Positions 46,152 to 56,115 of a stretch of DNA of 61,797 nucleotides are shown one piece after another. The translations under genes and the position numbers were made by a program. The notes beneath the pieces were generated by a model that was not told where the DNA came from, did not search any database, and saw only the letters and a program-made list of their open reading frames with translations. Numbering within the stretch: the first letter of the stretch is position 1; the number at the start of each line of letters is the position of its first letter. This stretch comes from Christensenella sp. UBA1750 (lineage in GTDB: Bacteria > Bacillota > Clostridia > Christensenellales > UBA1750), in assembly GCA_002315655.1 (NCBI GenBank), contig DCHO01000049.1, positions 1 to 61,797 of the forward strand. The letters are read 5' to 3'.

Positions 46152-47628
46152 GCCTAAGTTCAGCCTGCGCTTCAAGATGGTGCTGGTCAATCTGACGCTT
46201 ACCGTCATTGCCTTTTCCCTGGTCATCTGGGCGGCGCTGAATGTGACAGGCAAATATCTTGTGGATAAAAAGGTCAGCGAAGAACTGTCCGTTGTGGATG
46301 AGCTGGCTTTGCAGGTGTCCGCTTCCGTGCAGGAGGCGGACGCCGAAGCGCTCTATGCCCTGATGACCGAAAAAGGCCGCCAGTACGGCGCGAGAATGCT
46401 GGTGCTGGATGCGGGCGGCACGGTCTGGGTCGATACCTTATCCGAGCTCAACGGCGTTTCCTTAGGTTATGGGGAGGTATCCGATGTGACCTCTCTGCGC
46501 ATGGATCGCTCCTACGGCTTTCATCGTGTGGTAACAGGCTCAAAAAAGGTGAAGGACGGGGAGTGGATCGGCTATTACTGTTCCGCCGTGACCGGAAACA
46601 GCGGGTGCATCGGCGTTGTCATGATGGTCTCGTCCCTCAAAGAGCTGACTGACTCCTTACGGGAGATTCAGATCAGCTTAGTCGTGTTTTTTGGCGTTGT
46701 GGTCATTCTCATCGTCTGGGCAATGCTGGTGTTTTCCTCCGTTATTACCCGACCCATCAACGAGCTGAACAACTTAATGCAACAGACCGCGCGCTCCGGC
46801 TTCACCGCCCGCGCCAATCCCAAGGGCAATGACGAGATCGCCATGCTGGGAAAGACCTTCAACATGATGAGCGAAAAGCTGGAAAACATGGATCAGATGC
46901 GCAACGATTTTATTTCCAGCGCCAGCCATGAGCTAAAGACCCCGCTTTCCGCCATGAAAATACTGATCGAATCGCTGCTGTCGCAGGACACGCCCGACCC
47001 AAGCGTGACACGGGACTTTCTTTCCGACATCAACCGGGAAATTGACCGTTTGAGCGCGATTGTAGGCGACCTGCTCACCATTGTGCGCTTTGACAGCCGC
47101 AACGAGAAATTGCAGATGGAACCCATCACGCTGGACGAGCTGCTGTTTGACACCCTAAGCCGCCTGCAGCCTGTGGCGGACAAGGCGCAGATCGCGGTTG
47201 AACCCTTCTGTGACGAGGTCTGCTATGTCAATGCCGACCCCATCAAATTGCAGCAGGCCATTTACAACTTAGTCGATAATGCCATCAAATATACGCCCGC
47301 AGGCGGCCATGTGTGGGTGAAGCTCTTTACGCAGGAGGACAACTGCGTGGTGGAGATCAAGGATGACGGCATCGGCATCCCGAAGGAGAGCCTGCCGCAC
47401 CTCTTTGAGCGCTTCTACCGCGTGGATAAGGCGCGCTCCCGCTCTACCGGCGGCACCGGCTTGGGGCTGTCCATTGTGCGGAGCATCGTGCTCATGCACG
47501 GCGGCGATATTTTTGTGGAATCCGAGGACAATGTGGGCACCACCTTCCGTGTGGTGCTGCCGAAGGCAGAAGACCCGTACAGCGATTTTGTGGATGAGGA
47601 GGATTGGGAAGATGAAAAGAACGATTAG
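46126..47628 (+). CDS. HAMP-domain sensor histidine kinase (WalK-like)
   Basis: Two TMs, ASHELKTPL H-box, NLVDNAIKYT, DDGIGIP, FYRVDKARSRSTGGTGLGL. Confidence 0.9.
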   Translation: MGTISLKSKPKFSLRFKMVLVNLTLTVIAFSLVIWAALNVTGKYLVDKKVSEELSVVDELALQVSASVQEADAEALYALMTEKGRQYGARMLVLDAGGTVWVDTLSELNGVSLGYGEVSDVTSLRMDRSYGFHRVVTGSKKVKDGEWIGYYCSAVTGNSGCIGVVMMVSSLKELTDSLREIQISLVVFFGVVVILIVWAMLVFSSVITRPINELNNLMQQTARSGFTARANPKGNDEIAMLGKTFNMMSEKLENMDQMRNDFISSASHELKTPLSAMKILIESLLSQDTPDPSVTRDFLSDINREIDRLSAIVGDLLTIVRFDSRNEKLQMEPITLDELLFDTLSRLQPVADKAQIAVEPFCDEVCYVNADPIKLQQAIYNLVDNAIKYTPAGGHVWVKLFTQEDNCVVEIKDDGIGIPKESLPHLFERFYRVDKARSRSTGGTGLGLSIVRSIVLMHGGDIFVESEDNVGTTFRVVLPKAEDPYSDFVDEEDWEDEKND

Positions 47629-48580
47629 ATGCACGCTCCTGCTTGTCCTGATATTGTGTGTCCTTTCCGGCTGCGCGGATCGCTTTGTCGGCGGCATTAC
47701 CGAGAGAAACGACGGCGACCCCAACGCCTATACCGACGCGATTTTGCCCGAGAGCGGCAATGATGTGCTGGGGGATGAGGTGAAAGCCACGCTTTTCTTC
47801 CGCTACCTCAACGAAGAAATGCTGGCGGGAGTGGAGAAAACCTTCCGCGTGACCAACGATAAGACCATTGAGGAACTGGTGGTGCAGGCGCTGATCGACG
47901 GCCCGGAGGAGAATGACTATCGCTTCTCCCGCCTGATTCCCGACGACACGAAACTGATCTCCGTCAAGGAGCAGAGCGATTATCTTTCAGTCACCCTGTC
48001 CGGCGCGTTCTTGGAGCGCGTGGAGGACGACATCACCGGCGAGGTGGTGCGCAAGCAGCTGGCGGTGCAGTCCATCGTGAACTCGGTGACGGCGCTGGGC
48101 AATTATTCCCGCGTGGTCATCCTGGTTGACCAGAGCGGGCAGGGCAACGGGGCGCGGCTCACCTATACCCAGGCGGGCTGGGAGGACAAGGGCGACCTGT
48201 CCGTCGAACCCCTTGGCCTGGACTTTTCCGTAGTGCTGACCCCCGACAATGTGATGGAAAAGGTTATGGATAACTTAATGGAGCTTAATTACGAAGACCT
48301 TATCACCTATCTGGCCGAGCGGGACACCGACGGAACAGCCGGTCCCACGCTGCCGGAAATTGCCGAGGCCTTAGAGAAAAAAGCGTCTTTTGTCAGCTTT
48401 TCGCTGTCCCAGCCGGTGCGTGTTTTATCCGGCGGCACCTCTGCCGTGGCGCTGCTGGACATCACCTACAACTCGGGCAGCGGCGGCACCTATACACTGA
48501 CGGATCAGCCGGTGCGCATGGTCTTTGAGGATGTGTGGAAGGTGTCTTTCCGTTCGCTTTCCGCCATGCTGCCGGAGTAA
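47612..48580 (+). CDS. GerMN-domain lipoprotein
   Basis: Lipobox LSGC; TLFFRY, LIDGP, VTLSGAF, VQSIVNSVT. Confidence 0.75.
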   Translation: MKRTIRCTLLLVLILCVLSGCADRFVGGITERNDGDPNAYTDAILPESGNDVLGDEVKATLFFRYLNEEMLAGVEKTFRVTNDKTIEELVVQALIDGPEENDYRFSRLIPDDTKLISVKEQSDYLSVTLSGAFLERVEDDITGEVVRKQLAVQSIVNSVTALGNYSRVVILVDQSGQGNGARLTYTQAGWEDKGDLSVEPLGLDFSVVLTPDNVMEKVMDNLMELNYEDLITYLAERDTDGTAGPTLPEIAEALEKKASFVSFSLSQPVRVLSGGTSAVALLDITYNSGSGGTYTLTDQPVRMVFEDVWKVSFRSLSAMLPE

Positions 48581-48583
48581 GCC

Positions 48584-49239
48584 ATGATAAAAGCCGTTAT
48601 TTTCGATCTGTATGAAACTCTGATCACCTTGACGAAAACGCCGCCGTATTTCGGGGCGAATATCGCCAAGGACGCGGGGCTTGTGAAAGAGGATTTCCTC
48701 CGCATCTGGCGGAGACTGGAAGACGACCGCACCTACGGTCATATCACGTTGGAAAATGCCTTGCGCAAATGCGGTGTGTGGGACGAACAGGTTTTGCGGG
48801 ACATTGTGCGCAAGCGTCGGGAATCCCGTGCGGAATGCTACAACGTGCTGCACGAAGGGATTCTGCCCATGCTTTCCGGTCCCGGGAAAAGGGGCTGAAA
48901 TTGGGGCTTCTCAGCAACTGCTTTGATGAGGAGGCGGAGGCTTTCCGGGAAAGTCAACTGCGGCCGTATTTTGACGAAGTGACGCTCTCCTGTGAGGTTC
49001 GCATGAAAAAGCCGGAGCACCGCATTTTTGAGCATTGCATAAAGAGTTTGGGTGTGCAGCCGGAGGAATGTCTGTATATCGGCGACGGCGGCAGTCATGA
49101 GCTGGAAGCGGCGCGGGAAATGAGGCTGCGCCCCTATCAGGCGGTATGGTATCTGAAAGAAAACTCCGTGCAGCCTGTTTCCCGGCTTTCGGGATATGAG
49201 CATCTGGAAAGCCCGATGGATGTACTGAAACTGATTTGA
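48584..49239 (+). pseudogene. HAD-superfamily hydrolase split by a 1-bp frameshift near 48,880
   Basis: AVIFDLYETL motif I in the frame ending 48898; LLSN...KKPE...YIGDGG..EL continues in another frame. Confidence 0.8.
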
Positions 49240-49249
49240 AAACAAGGGG

Positions 49250-50698
49250 GTGAAGCGGTTGAAATTTGTGAAAAAGTCGGCCTTTGCGTTGGCACTTCTG
49301 TTTGTGCTCCTTCTGCCCCTGCAGGCGGCTGCGGGAAGCACGGCAAAGATTTACGGGGATGACAGCGTGGCGCACAGAGTCACGGCAGTCATTTATTGTT
49401 TGAGCGATGATTACAACCGTTTAAGCCCAGAGGTGCGTACCTTTTCCGTGCTCTGCGGACAGAGCCTTGCCGAAGCCTTGACCGATCAGGTGCTGCGGGA
49501 TGCGGAGAAGAAGGACAATATTTCCGCGCTGCCCGTGCGCTCGGATCTGAAACTGCTCTCCGCCGTGATCACGGGGAATATCGCCACGGTGAATTTGGGC
49601 GGCGACAAGGAACTGTTGGAAAACTATGAGCTGTTCTGCTTAAAGGCGGCCATCACCAACACCCTGATCGAGGCGGGAGAGGCCAACTATGTCAATGTTC
49701 TGCTGAATGGGCGCGAAGTGACCACCAACGGTCTGCCGACCGGCACCATGACCCACTTTGACGAAGACCTGCAATCCGCCTGGATCGCCCACGAAAACGA
49801 AGGCGATGCCGCGCTGCGTTCCCAGAGCTATTCCTTTACCCGCTTTGTGACCCTGTATTTCGCTGCGCAGAATGACAGCCTTGTGCTGGCCGAGGTGCGC
49901 AGGATCACCATGAACCGCACAAATTTAGCCATTCCAGTGATCTCCGCGGTGCTGGCGGGGCCGAACGATTCCGCCACCATGACGCGGACATATCCCTCTG
50001 CGTCCAAGGTGCTCGGCGTACCGGATCGTGACGAGGAAGACGAACGGATAATAGACATCAACCTGTCCTATCAGATGAGCCTGATTGCCTCGGGCACCCC
50101 GGAGGAGCGCAGGTTGTGCTTGGCGCCGCTGGTTCTCACCCTGACCACCTTCCTGCCCGACCTTTCCGCGCTGCGCCTGCACGTCAACGGGCGTTTGGTG
50201 CAGCCGCTGTACAATCGGGGCGAGATCAACGATTATCTGCTCTACGGCAGTGAGTTTCAGGGAATGATCGGCACCACGGTCTCTTTGTACTATCCCGTCG
50301 GCGACGGGCGGCAGGTGCAGGTGACACAAGCGGTCTCCCAACAGAAAAAGACCCTGCGTGACCTTATTGAAGAATTGATGGCTGTGCCTTCGGATATGGA
50401 CGTGCAGCCCGTTTTCCCGGACGGTTTTTCCTCCGCGCACATCATCGGCATTTTCCAGACCGATGACACTGCGGTGGTTAATCTTACGCAGGAAGGCGCG
50501 AGCCTGCTTCGGCAAATGAGCGACGACAGGGTGCGGGACTGCATTTACTGCATCGTCAATACGCTGACCGATGTGCACGGCATTTCCCGCGTGCAGTTTT
50601 TAACGGAGGGCAACCGAATCAACGAACGGTTCGGGGACATTTCCCTCGGAAATCCGTTGGTGCGCTCCTCCGGTGTGATCCGCATATTGCCCGACTGA
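49250..50698 (+). CDS. Secreted multi-GerMN-domain protein
   Basis: N-terminal signal; repeats ATVNL...AITNTLIE, TLYF...VLAGP, SLYYP...LIEELM...AVVNL...IVNTLT...VQFL.EG. Confidence 0.75.
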   Translation: MKRLKFVKKSAFALALLFVLLLPLQAAAGSTAKIYGDDSVAHRVTAVIYCLSDDYNRLSPEVRTFSVLCGQSLAEALTDQVLRDAEKKDNISALPVRSDLKLLSAVITGNIATVNLGGDKELLENYELFCLKAAITNTLIEAGEANYVNVLLNGREVTTNGLPTGTMTHFDEDLQSAWIAHENEGDAALRSQSYSFTRFVTLYFAAQNDSLVLAEVRRITMNRTNLAIPVISAVLAGPNDSATMTRTYPSASKVLGVPDRDEEDERIIDINLSYQMSLIASGTPEERRLCLAPLVLTLTTFLPDLSALRLHVNGRLVQPLYNRGEINDYLLYGSEFQGMIGTTVSLYYPVGDGRQVQVTQAVSQQKKTLRDLIEELMAVPSDMDVQPVFPDGFSSAHIIGIFQTDDTAVVNLTQEGASLLRQMSDDRVRDCIYCIVNTLTDVHGISRVQFLTEGNRINERFGDISLGNPLVRSSGVIRILPD

Positions 50699-50710
50699 TG
50701 AAGGAGATTT

Positions 50711-51745
50711 ATGCTGAATTATAAGGAATTTTTTAACCTCCTGCGCGGCGGGGATTTTCCCCGCGTTATGCTCTTTGACGGTGAGGAGGAATACATCAAG
50801 GATTCCGCCCTGCACCAGCTGCGCGTAAAGGTGCTGCCGGAAGGGCTGGAGGAAATGAACGAGACGCTGCTATCGGCGGCGGCTTCGCCCCATGAAATCA
50901 TCGAGGCCTGCGAAACGCTGCCCTTCTTATCGCCCAAGCGTCTTGTGGTGGTGCGCGGCAGCGGGCTTGTGCAGAAGCTCTCCGGGACTGTTAAGGAAGA
51001 CGGGCTGGACGACCTGCTTTCCTATGTGTCCGCTCTGCCCGATCATGTGATTTTACTGTTCTTCAACCGAGGGAAGGCAGAGCACACCAAAAAGCTCACC
51101 GCCCGCATCGAAGCGATGAGCGGCAGGGTGGGCTTTGAGCCGCTATCCGCCCCGGAAAAGGAAATGTGGCTCTCCCGGGAATTAAAGACCCACGGAAAAG
51201 CCATGACCAAGGAGGCTGCGTCTCTGTTCCTCTCCCGGTGCGACCCGCTGATCGTCCCGACTTTGCAGGAGCTGGAAAAGCTGCTGTCCTATGTGGGCAC
51301 GCGGCTCAACATCGAAAAAGAGGACATTGAGGCCGTCATTGCCCCGTCGCTGGAAGACCGGCTGTTCATGCTCTTTGACGCGCTCATTACGGGCAATGCC
51401 TTTTCTGCCATGACCATTCTCAAAGGGATGTTGAGCGGCAAGGATTCTTCCACCGTGCAGCTTTTGACCCCGCTGACCCTGCGCATTCGGCAGATGCACG
51501 ACTATAAGGTGCTCAAAATCAAGGGAACGACGGATAAGGAAATCGCCGAATACACGGGCATCCGCTCCAATATGATGTGGCTGTATGAAAAGCAGACCCG
51601 CGCCTTTTCCGAAGGCGAGCTGGAAGAGCTGCTGGAAGACTGCATCCGCATGGACTATGAGTTCAAGAGCGGGCAGATTGCCGAGGACAGCGCATTGGAC
51701 ACCGTTGTGATGCGGCTTATCAACCGCAAAAAGGGCAGAAAATAA
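50711..51745 (+). CDS. holA: DNA polymerase III subunit delta
   Basis: LFDGEEEY, ETLPFLSPKRLVVV, ELEKLLSY, DYEFKSG; precedes rpsT as usual. Confidence 0.88.
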   Translation: MLNYKEFFNLLRGGDFPRVMLFDGEEEYIKDSALHQLRVKVLPEGLEEMNETLLSAAASPHEIIEACETLPFLSPKRLVVVRGSGLVQKLSGTVKEDGLDDLLSYVSALPDHVILLFFNRGKAEHTKKLTARIEAMSGRVGFEPLSAPEKEMWLSRELKTHGKAMTKEAASLFLSRCDPLIVPTLQELEKLLSYVGTRLNIEKEDIEAVIAPSLEDRLFMLFDALITGNAFSAMTILKGMLSGKDSSTVQLLTPLTLRIRQMHDYKVLKIKGTTDKEIAEYTGIRSNMMWLYEKQTRAFSEGELEELLEDCIRMDYEFKSGQIAEDSALDTVVMRLINRKKGRK

Positions 51746-51789
51746 GAGCCATCCTTTCCCGGGTGGCTCATATTATGTGAGGGAAATGT

Positions 51790-52872
51790 ATGTCTTTTTC
51801 CGAAGCGATTAAATGGATTATGATGATTTTTGCCATCTTGGGCGGCGTGGATGCAGCCATCGGCAACAAAATGGGGCTGGGGGAGAGCTTCAAGCAGGGC
51901 TTTATGACCATGGGTGCGCTTGTGCTGTCCATGGTCGGCATGAACACTGTGGCTCCGCTGATCTCCGACAAGCTCTCGGGCGTGCTGTCCCCTGTGTTTG
52001 CCATGGTGGGCGCAGACCCGTCGCTGTTTTCGGGAATGCTGCTGGCCAACGACTGCGGCGGCTACACGCTTGCCATGAACCTGTGTGCGGATGCGGCCGT
52101 CGGCAGTTTTTCAGGCGCGGTGGTATCTTCCATGATGGGCGTCACCATGACATTTACCATTCCCTTCGCTTTTTCCGTTGTGAAAACCGAAACCGGGCGC
52201 AAAAATCTTTCCAAAGGGTTGCTTATCGGTATTTCTACTATTCCGTTGGGCTGTCTTGCCGGCGGTTTGCTCTGCAAAATGTCGTTTTCCGCTTTGCTTT
52301 TCAATCTGCTGCCGCTTATTGCCATGGCGGGCATCCTCATTTTCTGCCTTCTCAGATTTCCGAAGGGCAGCATTGCTGTGATGGAGGTGCTGGGAAAAAT
52401 ACTAAGCGGGATGCTCATTTTATTTCTGCTGCTGGCCGTTCTTAACCACCAGTTCGGGATTCTCGCGTGGAACATCACGCCCTTTTCGGAGAGCCTTTCC
52501 GTGATCGGCGACATTGCGATTGTTTTAGCCGGTGCGTTCCCGCTGCTGGCGATCCTCAAAAAGCTGTTAAGCAATCCCCTGCAAAGGCTCGGAAAGCGGC
52601 TTGCCATTCAGGATAACTCCGTTTTCGGGCTGTTCACCACGCTGGTCAATGCCATTCCGACCTTTTCCGACTTGGATTCCATGGACGGCAGGGGACAGGT
52701 GCTCAACGCCGCCTTTGCGGTTTCTGCCTCCTTTGCGCTGGGCGACCATTTGGGCTTTACCGCCGGGGCGTGCCCGGAAAACCTGCTGCCGATGCTGGTG
52801 GGGAAGCTGGTGGGCGGACTCTGTGCGTTCCTTTTGGCACTTATAATGACGCGGGAGAAAAAACAGGCGTAA
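51790..52872 (+). CDS. EutH-family (ethanolamine utilization) transporter
   Basis: ADPSLF.G.LLANDCGGY, MMGVTMTFTIP, AFAVSASFALGDHLGF, KLVGG. Confidence 0.8.
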   Translation: MSFSEAIKWIMMIFAILGGVDAAIGNKMGLGESFKQGFMTMGALVLSMVGMNTVAPLISDKLSGVLSPVFAMVGADPSLFSGMLLANDCGGYTLAMNLCADAAVGSFSGAVVSSMMGVTMTFTIPFAFSVVKTETGRKNLSKGLLIGISTIPLGCLAGGLLCKMSFSALLFNLLPLIAMAGILIFCLLRFPKGSIAVMEVLGKILSGMLILFLLLAVLNHQFGILAWNITPFSESLSVIGDIAIVLAGAFPLLAILKKLLSNPLQRLGKRLAIQDNSVFGLFTTLVNAIPTFSDLDSMDGRGQVLNAAFAVSASFALGDHLGFTAGACPENLLPMLVGKLVGGLCAFLLALIMTREKKQA

Positions 52873-52888
52873 AGCGGAATATACGAAA

Positions 52889-52917
52889 AAACGACCCTGC
52901 ATTTTGCAGGATCGTTT
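52889..52917. terminator. Terminator between convergent eutH-like gene and rpsT
   Basis: AAACGACCCTGCA-TTT-TGCAGGATCGTTT. Confidence 0.65.
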
Positions 52918-52929
52918 GATTTCGTCTGA

Positions 52930-53196
52930 TTAAGCGTTGGCCTTGGCGGCAGCCTTAGCGAGCTGAGCCTTTTTGCGAGCAGCAGCATTCTTGTGCATGG
53001 TGCCCTTGGCGGCAGCCTTGTCAACAGCACTGGAGGTAACGCGGAGCTGGCTCTCAATCTGAGCGGCATCACCGGCAGCAACAGTAGCGTCAAACTTCTT
53101 GATGGCGGTCTTAACGGAGGACTTCACCATACGATTCTGAAGATTCTTGGTCTCAGTGACCTTGACGCGCTTGATGGCAGACTTGATATTCGGCAT
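52930..53196 (-). CDS. rpsT: 30S ribosomal protein S20
   Basis: MPNIKSAIKRV...KGTMHKNAAARKK. Confidence 0.97.
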   Translation of the reverse strand: MPNIKSAIKRVKVTETKNLQNRMVKSSVKTAIKKFDATVAAGDAAQIESQLRVTSSAVDKAAAKGTMHKNAAARKKAQLAKAAAKANA

Positions 53197-53352
53197 TCTT
53201 TTCACCCCCTCCGTCCAAATCGACAGTTGCTATGATACCATAACACCAAAGGAAATGCAACCCAATTTCAAAAATTATCATAGTTTTAACGACTGGATTT
53301 TCCACTGTTGACAAAAGCTAATCCAAAGTCCGGCAGGCAGGGAGGAAAAACG

Positions 53353-54195
53353 TTGATTTATTCGGATTTGGCCATGGAAACAAGAGCAGGCTGCGGCAAA
53401 ATTCCCGGCATCTGTGTGGAACAGGAAAAAGCGGAGGGAAGGACGGTCACGCGGGTCACGGTGGAAAATAAGGATGCGGCAACATTCATCGGGAAGCCCG
53501 TCGGAACCTATGTTACCATTGAAGAAAAGGGATTGACTAATCTGGAAAGCTGTGAGCGGGAAGCCTTTTCAAAAGCCCTTTCGGCGGAAATGCGGGCTCT
53601 GTTTGAGAATAAGTCGTTTTCTTCCGTGCTCATTGCGGGCATCGGAAACCGAAACCTGACCCCGGACGCGCTGGGGCCGAGATGCGTAGAGGGCATCCTT
53701 GTGACGGGGCATTTGCGGGATGCTGACGGCTGCAAAACCTTTGTGCTGAACCCCGGTGTGACCGGGCAGACAGGTATCGAAACAAAAGGATTGCTGGCTT
53801 CTGTCATCGGAACGGTTCGCCCGGATTTGGTGATCCTTGTGGATGCGCTGTGCGCCCGCGCCACGGACAGAATCCTTTCCACCGTGCAGCTCACGAACGC
53901 AGGGGTCGTGCCCGGCAGCGGACTTGGCAACCGCAGATGCGCCCTCAACAAAGAGACGCTTGGAATCCCGGTTCTGGCGGTGGGTGTGCCCACGGTCGTT
54001 CACGCTTCCACCATCATTGAGGATGCGCTGGAAAGCCGGAGCATCGAAAATATCGAATTGACAGACCTATTGGAGGAAGAAAAGCTTGTCGTAACCCCGG
54101 CGGATATTGACGAATCCCTGCAGATCTGTGCGGAAGTGATCGCCCATGCCATCAATCTCTGGCTGCATCCCGATTTTTCCGAAGCACAGGCATAA
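53353..54195 (+). CDS. gpr: Germination protease GPR
   Basis: YSDLAME, GIGNRNLTPDALGP, PGVTGQTGIET, VDALCAR, GVPTVV, VTPADID; GGAGG RBS and TTG start. Confidence 0.9.
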   Translation: MIYSDLAMETRAGCGKIPGICVEQEKAEGRTVTRVTVENKDAATFIGKPVGTYVTIEEKGLTNLESCEREAFSKALSAEMRALFENKSFSSVLIAGIGNRNLTPDALGPRCVEGILVTGHLRDADGCKTFVLNPGVTGQTGIETKGLLASVIGTVRPDLVILVDALCARATDRILSTVQLTNAGVVPGSGLGNRRCALNKETLGIPVLAVGVPTVVHASTIIEDALESRSIENIELTDLLEEEKLVVTPADIDESLQICAEVIAHAINLWLHPDFSEAQA

Positions 54196-54218
54196 ACCTT
54201 AGGTTCCTTGCATATACA
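54190..54218 (+). promoter_or_regulatory. Candidate sigma-E promoter of spoIIP
   Basis: GCATAAA-14nt-CATATACA resembles the sigma-E consensus. Confidence 0.45.
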
Positions 54219-54237
54219 TTCCCCAAATGAAGGAGGA

Positions 54238-55218
54238 ATGGTTATGGTACACATGAAGGTCGTGCGGTTGAGCCAAATTATTTGGGTTGCGGTGCTTGTG
54301 GGAAGCGTGATTCTGACGGTGATTTTCGGGGTGATGCTGTGGAAAAAGAACACGCAAGCCCCGCAGACGATGAAAGCGGCATCGGTGCAGACCGATGCTG
54401 CCGCAGCGGACAAGCCCGAAACTGTGTTTACAAAAGAGAAGGAAGCACAGCTTTTGTCTGGCAGGATAGAGGCTGTGCCCGTGACGGCGGATGCGGATAC
54501 ATCGGACAGCCCCGATTCAATCGAAAAGGTGGTCGTGCAGCAGGTAAAGACGGAGCGGGAGGAAACGGATACGGAGATAGAAGACAGTACGGACAAGCCC
54601 TGCCGGGTGCTCATCTACCACACCCACAACACGGAGGCGTATGAGAAGCAGCCGGAGGATAAATATGAGGAATCCGATGCGTGGCGCACGGAGAACAACG
54701 CCTACAACATCGTAGCCGTAGGGGAGAGACTGGCAAAGGAGCTGGAAGCTTTAGGCATAAAGGTCGTCCACGATGAAACGTCGCATGAGCAGCCCAAATT
54801 GAGCACGGCCTACGAGCGGAGTTTGAAAACGCTGAAACAATATGCCCCGGAGGATTTTGATCTCATCATTGACCTGCATAGGGACGCGGCAAGTGCCCGC
54901 AACACCAGTCCTTCCGTCGTGACATACAACGGGAAAAGCTGTGCGCGGCTGATGCTGCTCATCGGCAATGGCAGCAATTTTTCTACGGAGCACCCGTGGA
55001 AGGAAAACTACGCTTTGGCGGAAGCCCTCACGGCGGAACTGAACGGGCTTGCGGACGATCTGTGCCGGGATGTGATGGTGAAGGATGGGCGGTACAACCA
55101 GCACATTTCGACAAAATGCGTGCTGATTGAGGTGGGGCACAACGAAAACACATTATCCGAAGCGCTCAACGCCTGCACGCCTTTGGCGATTGCCATTGAA
55201 AAAACAATCCGCAGATGA
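54238..55218 (+). CDS. spoIIP: Stage II sporulation protein P (amidase/endopeptidase)
   Basis: LIYHTHNTEAY, IDLHRDA, RYNQH, LIEVG...NT. Confidence 0.9.
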   Translation: MVMVHMKVVRLSQIIWVAVLVGSVILTVIFGVMLWKKNTQAPQTMKAASVQTDAAAADKPETVFTKEKEAQLLSGRIEAVPVTADADTSDSPDSIEKVVVQQVKTEREETDTEIEDSTDKPCRVLIYHTHNTEAYEKQPEDKYEESDAWRTENNAYNIVAVGERLAKELEALGIKVVHDETSHEQPKLSTAYERSLKTLKQYAPEDFDLIIDLHRDAASARNTSPSVVTYNGKSCARLMLLIGNGSNFSTEHPWKENYALAEALTAELNGLADDLCRDVMVKDGRYNQHISTKCVLIEVGHNENTLSEALNACTPLAIAIEKTIRR

Positions 55219-55276
55219 AATTTTCTGAAAAGTGTGCTATACTGAAAGCCTGAACATCGTTTGCGGAGGCTTTGGT

Positions 55277-56026
55277 ATGGAAAGACCCATTGGCATATTC
55301 GATTCCGGCGTGGGCGGCATCAGCGTACTCCGTGAGGCCGTGCGCGTGCTCCCGGAGGAGAAGTTCCTGTTTGTCGGGGATAACAAAAACGCGCCCTACG
55401 GCAGCAAAACAAGAGAAGAAATCATTACCTGCGTGGATTCTGTGGTGGAACAGCTCTTGGAGCAGAACATAAAAGCGCTGGTGATTGCCTGCAACACCGC
55501 CACCGCTGCCGCGGCCAAGGAGCTGCGGGCGCGGCTGCCCATTCCCGTCATCGGCATGGAACCGGCCTTGAAACCTGCGCACCTCATCCGCAAGGAGGGG
55601 CAGATCATCGTTCTGGCCACCCCGGCGACGCTGCGCATGGAAAAGTTTGCGGATCTGATGGAAAAATACGGCGAAGGCGCAGTGCCCGTCCCCGGATGCG
55701 GCATTGTGGAGTGTGTGGAGAGCGGACACATTGACGATGCAGAGATCGAAGGCGTGCTGCACGGGCTGCTGGATGCGCCCCTGCGGAACAAAACCGACGC
55801 CATTGTGCTGGGCTGCACCCATTATGTGTTTGTGAAGAACGCGCTGGCGCGTGTGGCGCCTCATGTTCCCCTTGTGGACGGAAATATGGGCACGGTGCAA
55901 CAGCTCAATCGCGTGCTCAAGGAAAGAGGCATCCGCAGGGCAGAGGGAAAAGGGTCGTATGCGCTGGACACGACCGGGGACAGAAAAGTTTATATCCCGC
56001 TTATGGAAAGACTGATGAATCTATAA
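55277..56026 (+). CDS. murI: Glutamate racemase
   Basis: FDSGVGGISV, APYG, IACNTAT, VLGCTHY. Confidence 0.95.
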   Translation: MERPIGIFDSGVGGISVLREAVRVLPEEKFLFVGDNKNAPYGSKTREEIITCVDSVVEQLLEQNIKALVIACNTATAAAAKELRARLPIPVIGMEPALKPAHLIRKEGQIIVLATPATLRMEKFADLMEKYGEGAVPVPGCGIVECVESGHIDDAEIEGVLHGLLDAPLRNKTDAIVLGCTHYVFVKNALARVAPHVPLVDGNMGTVQQLNRVLKERGIRRAEGKGSYALDTTGDRKVYIPLMERLMNL

Positions 56027-56044
56027 GTAATTCTGCGTAGAATG

Positions 56045-56077
56045 AAAGCATATCGCAATTTCGCGGTATGCTTTTTT
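56045..56077 (+). terminator. Rho-independent terminator
   Basis: AAAGCATATCGC...GCGGTATGCTTTTTT. Confidence 0.65.
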
Positions 56078-56115
56078 GTGTGCCTTCATATCCTGTACGG
56101 AAAGGAGGGGGACAG

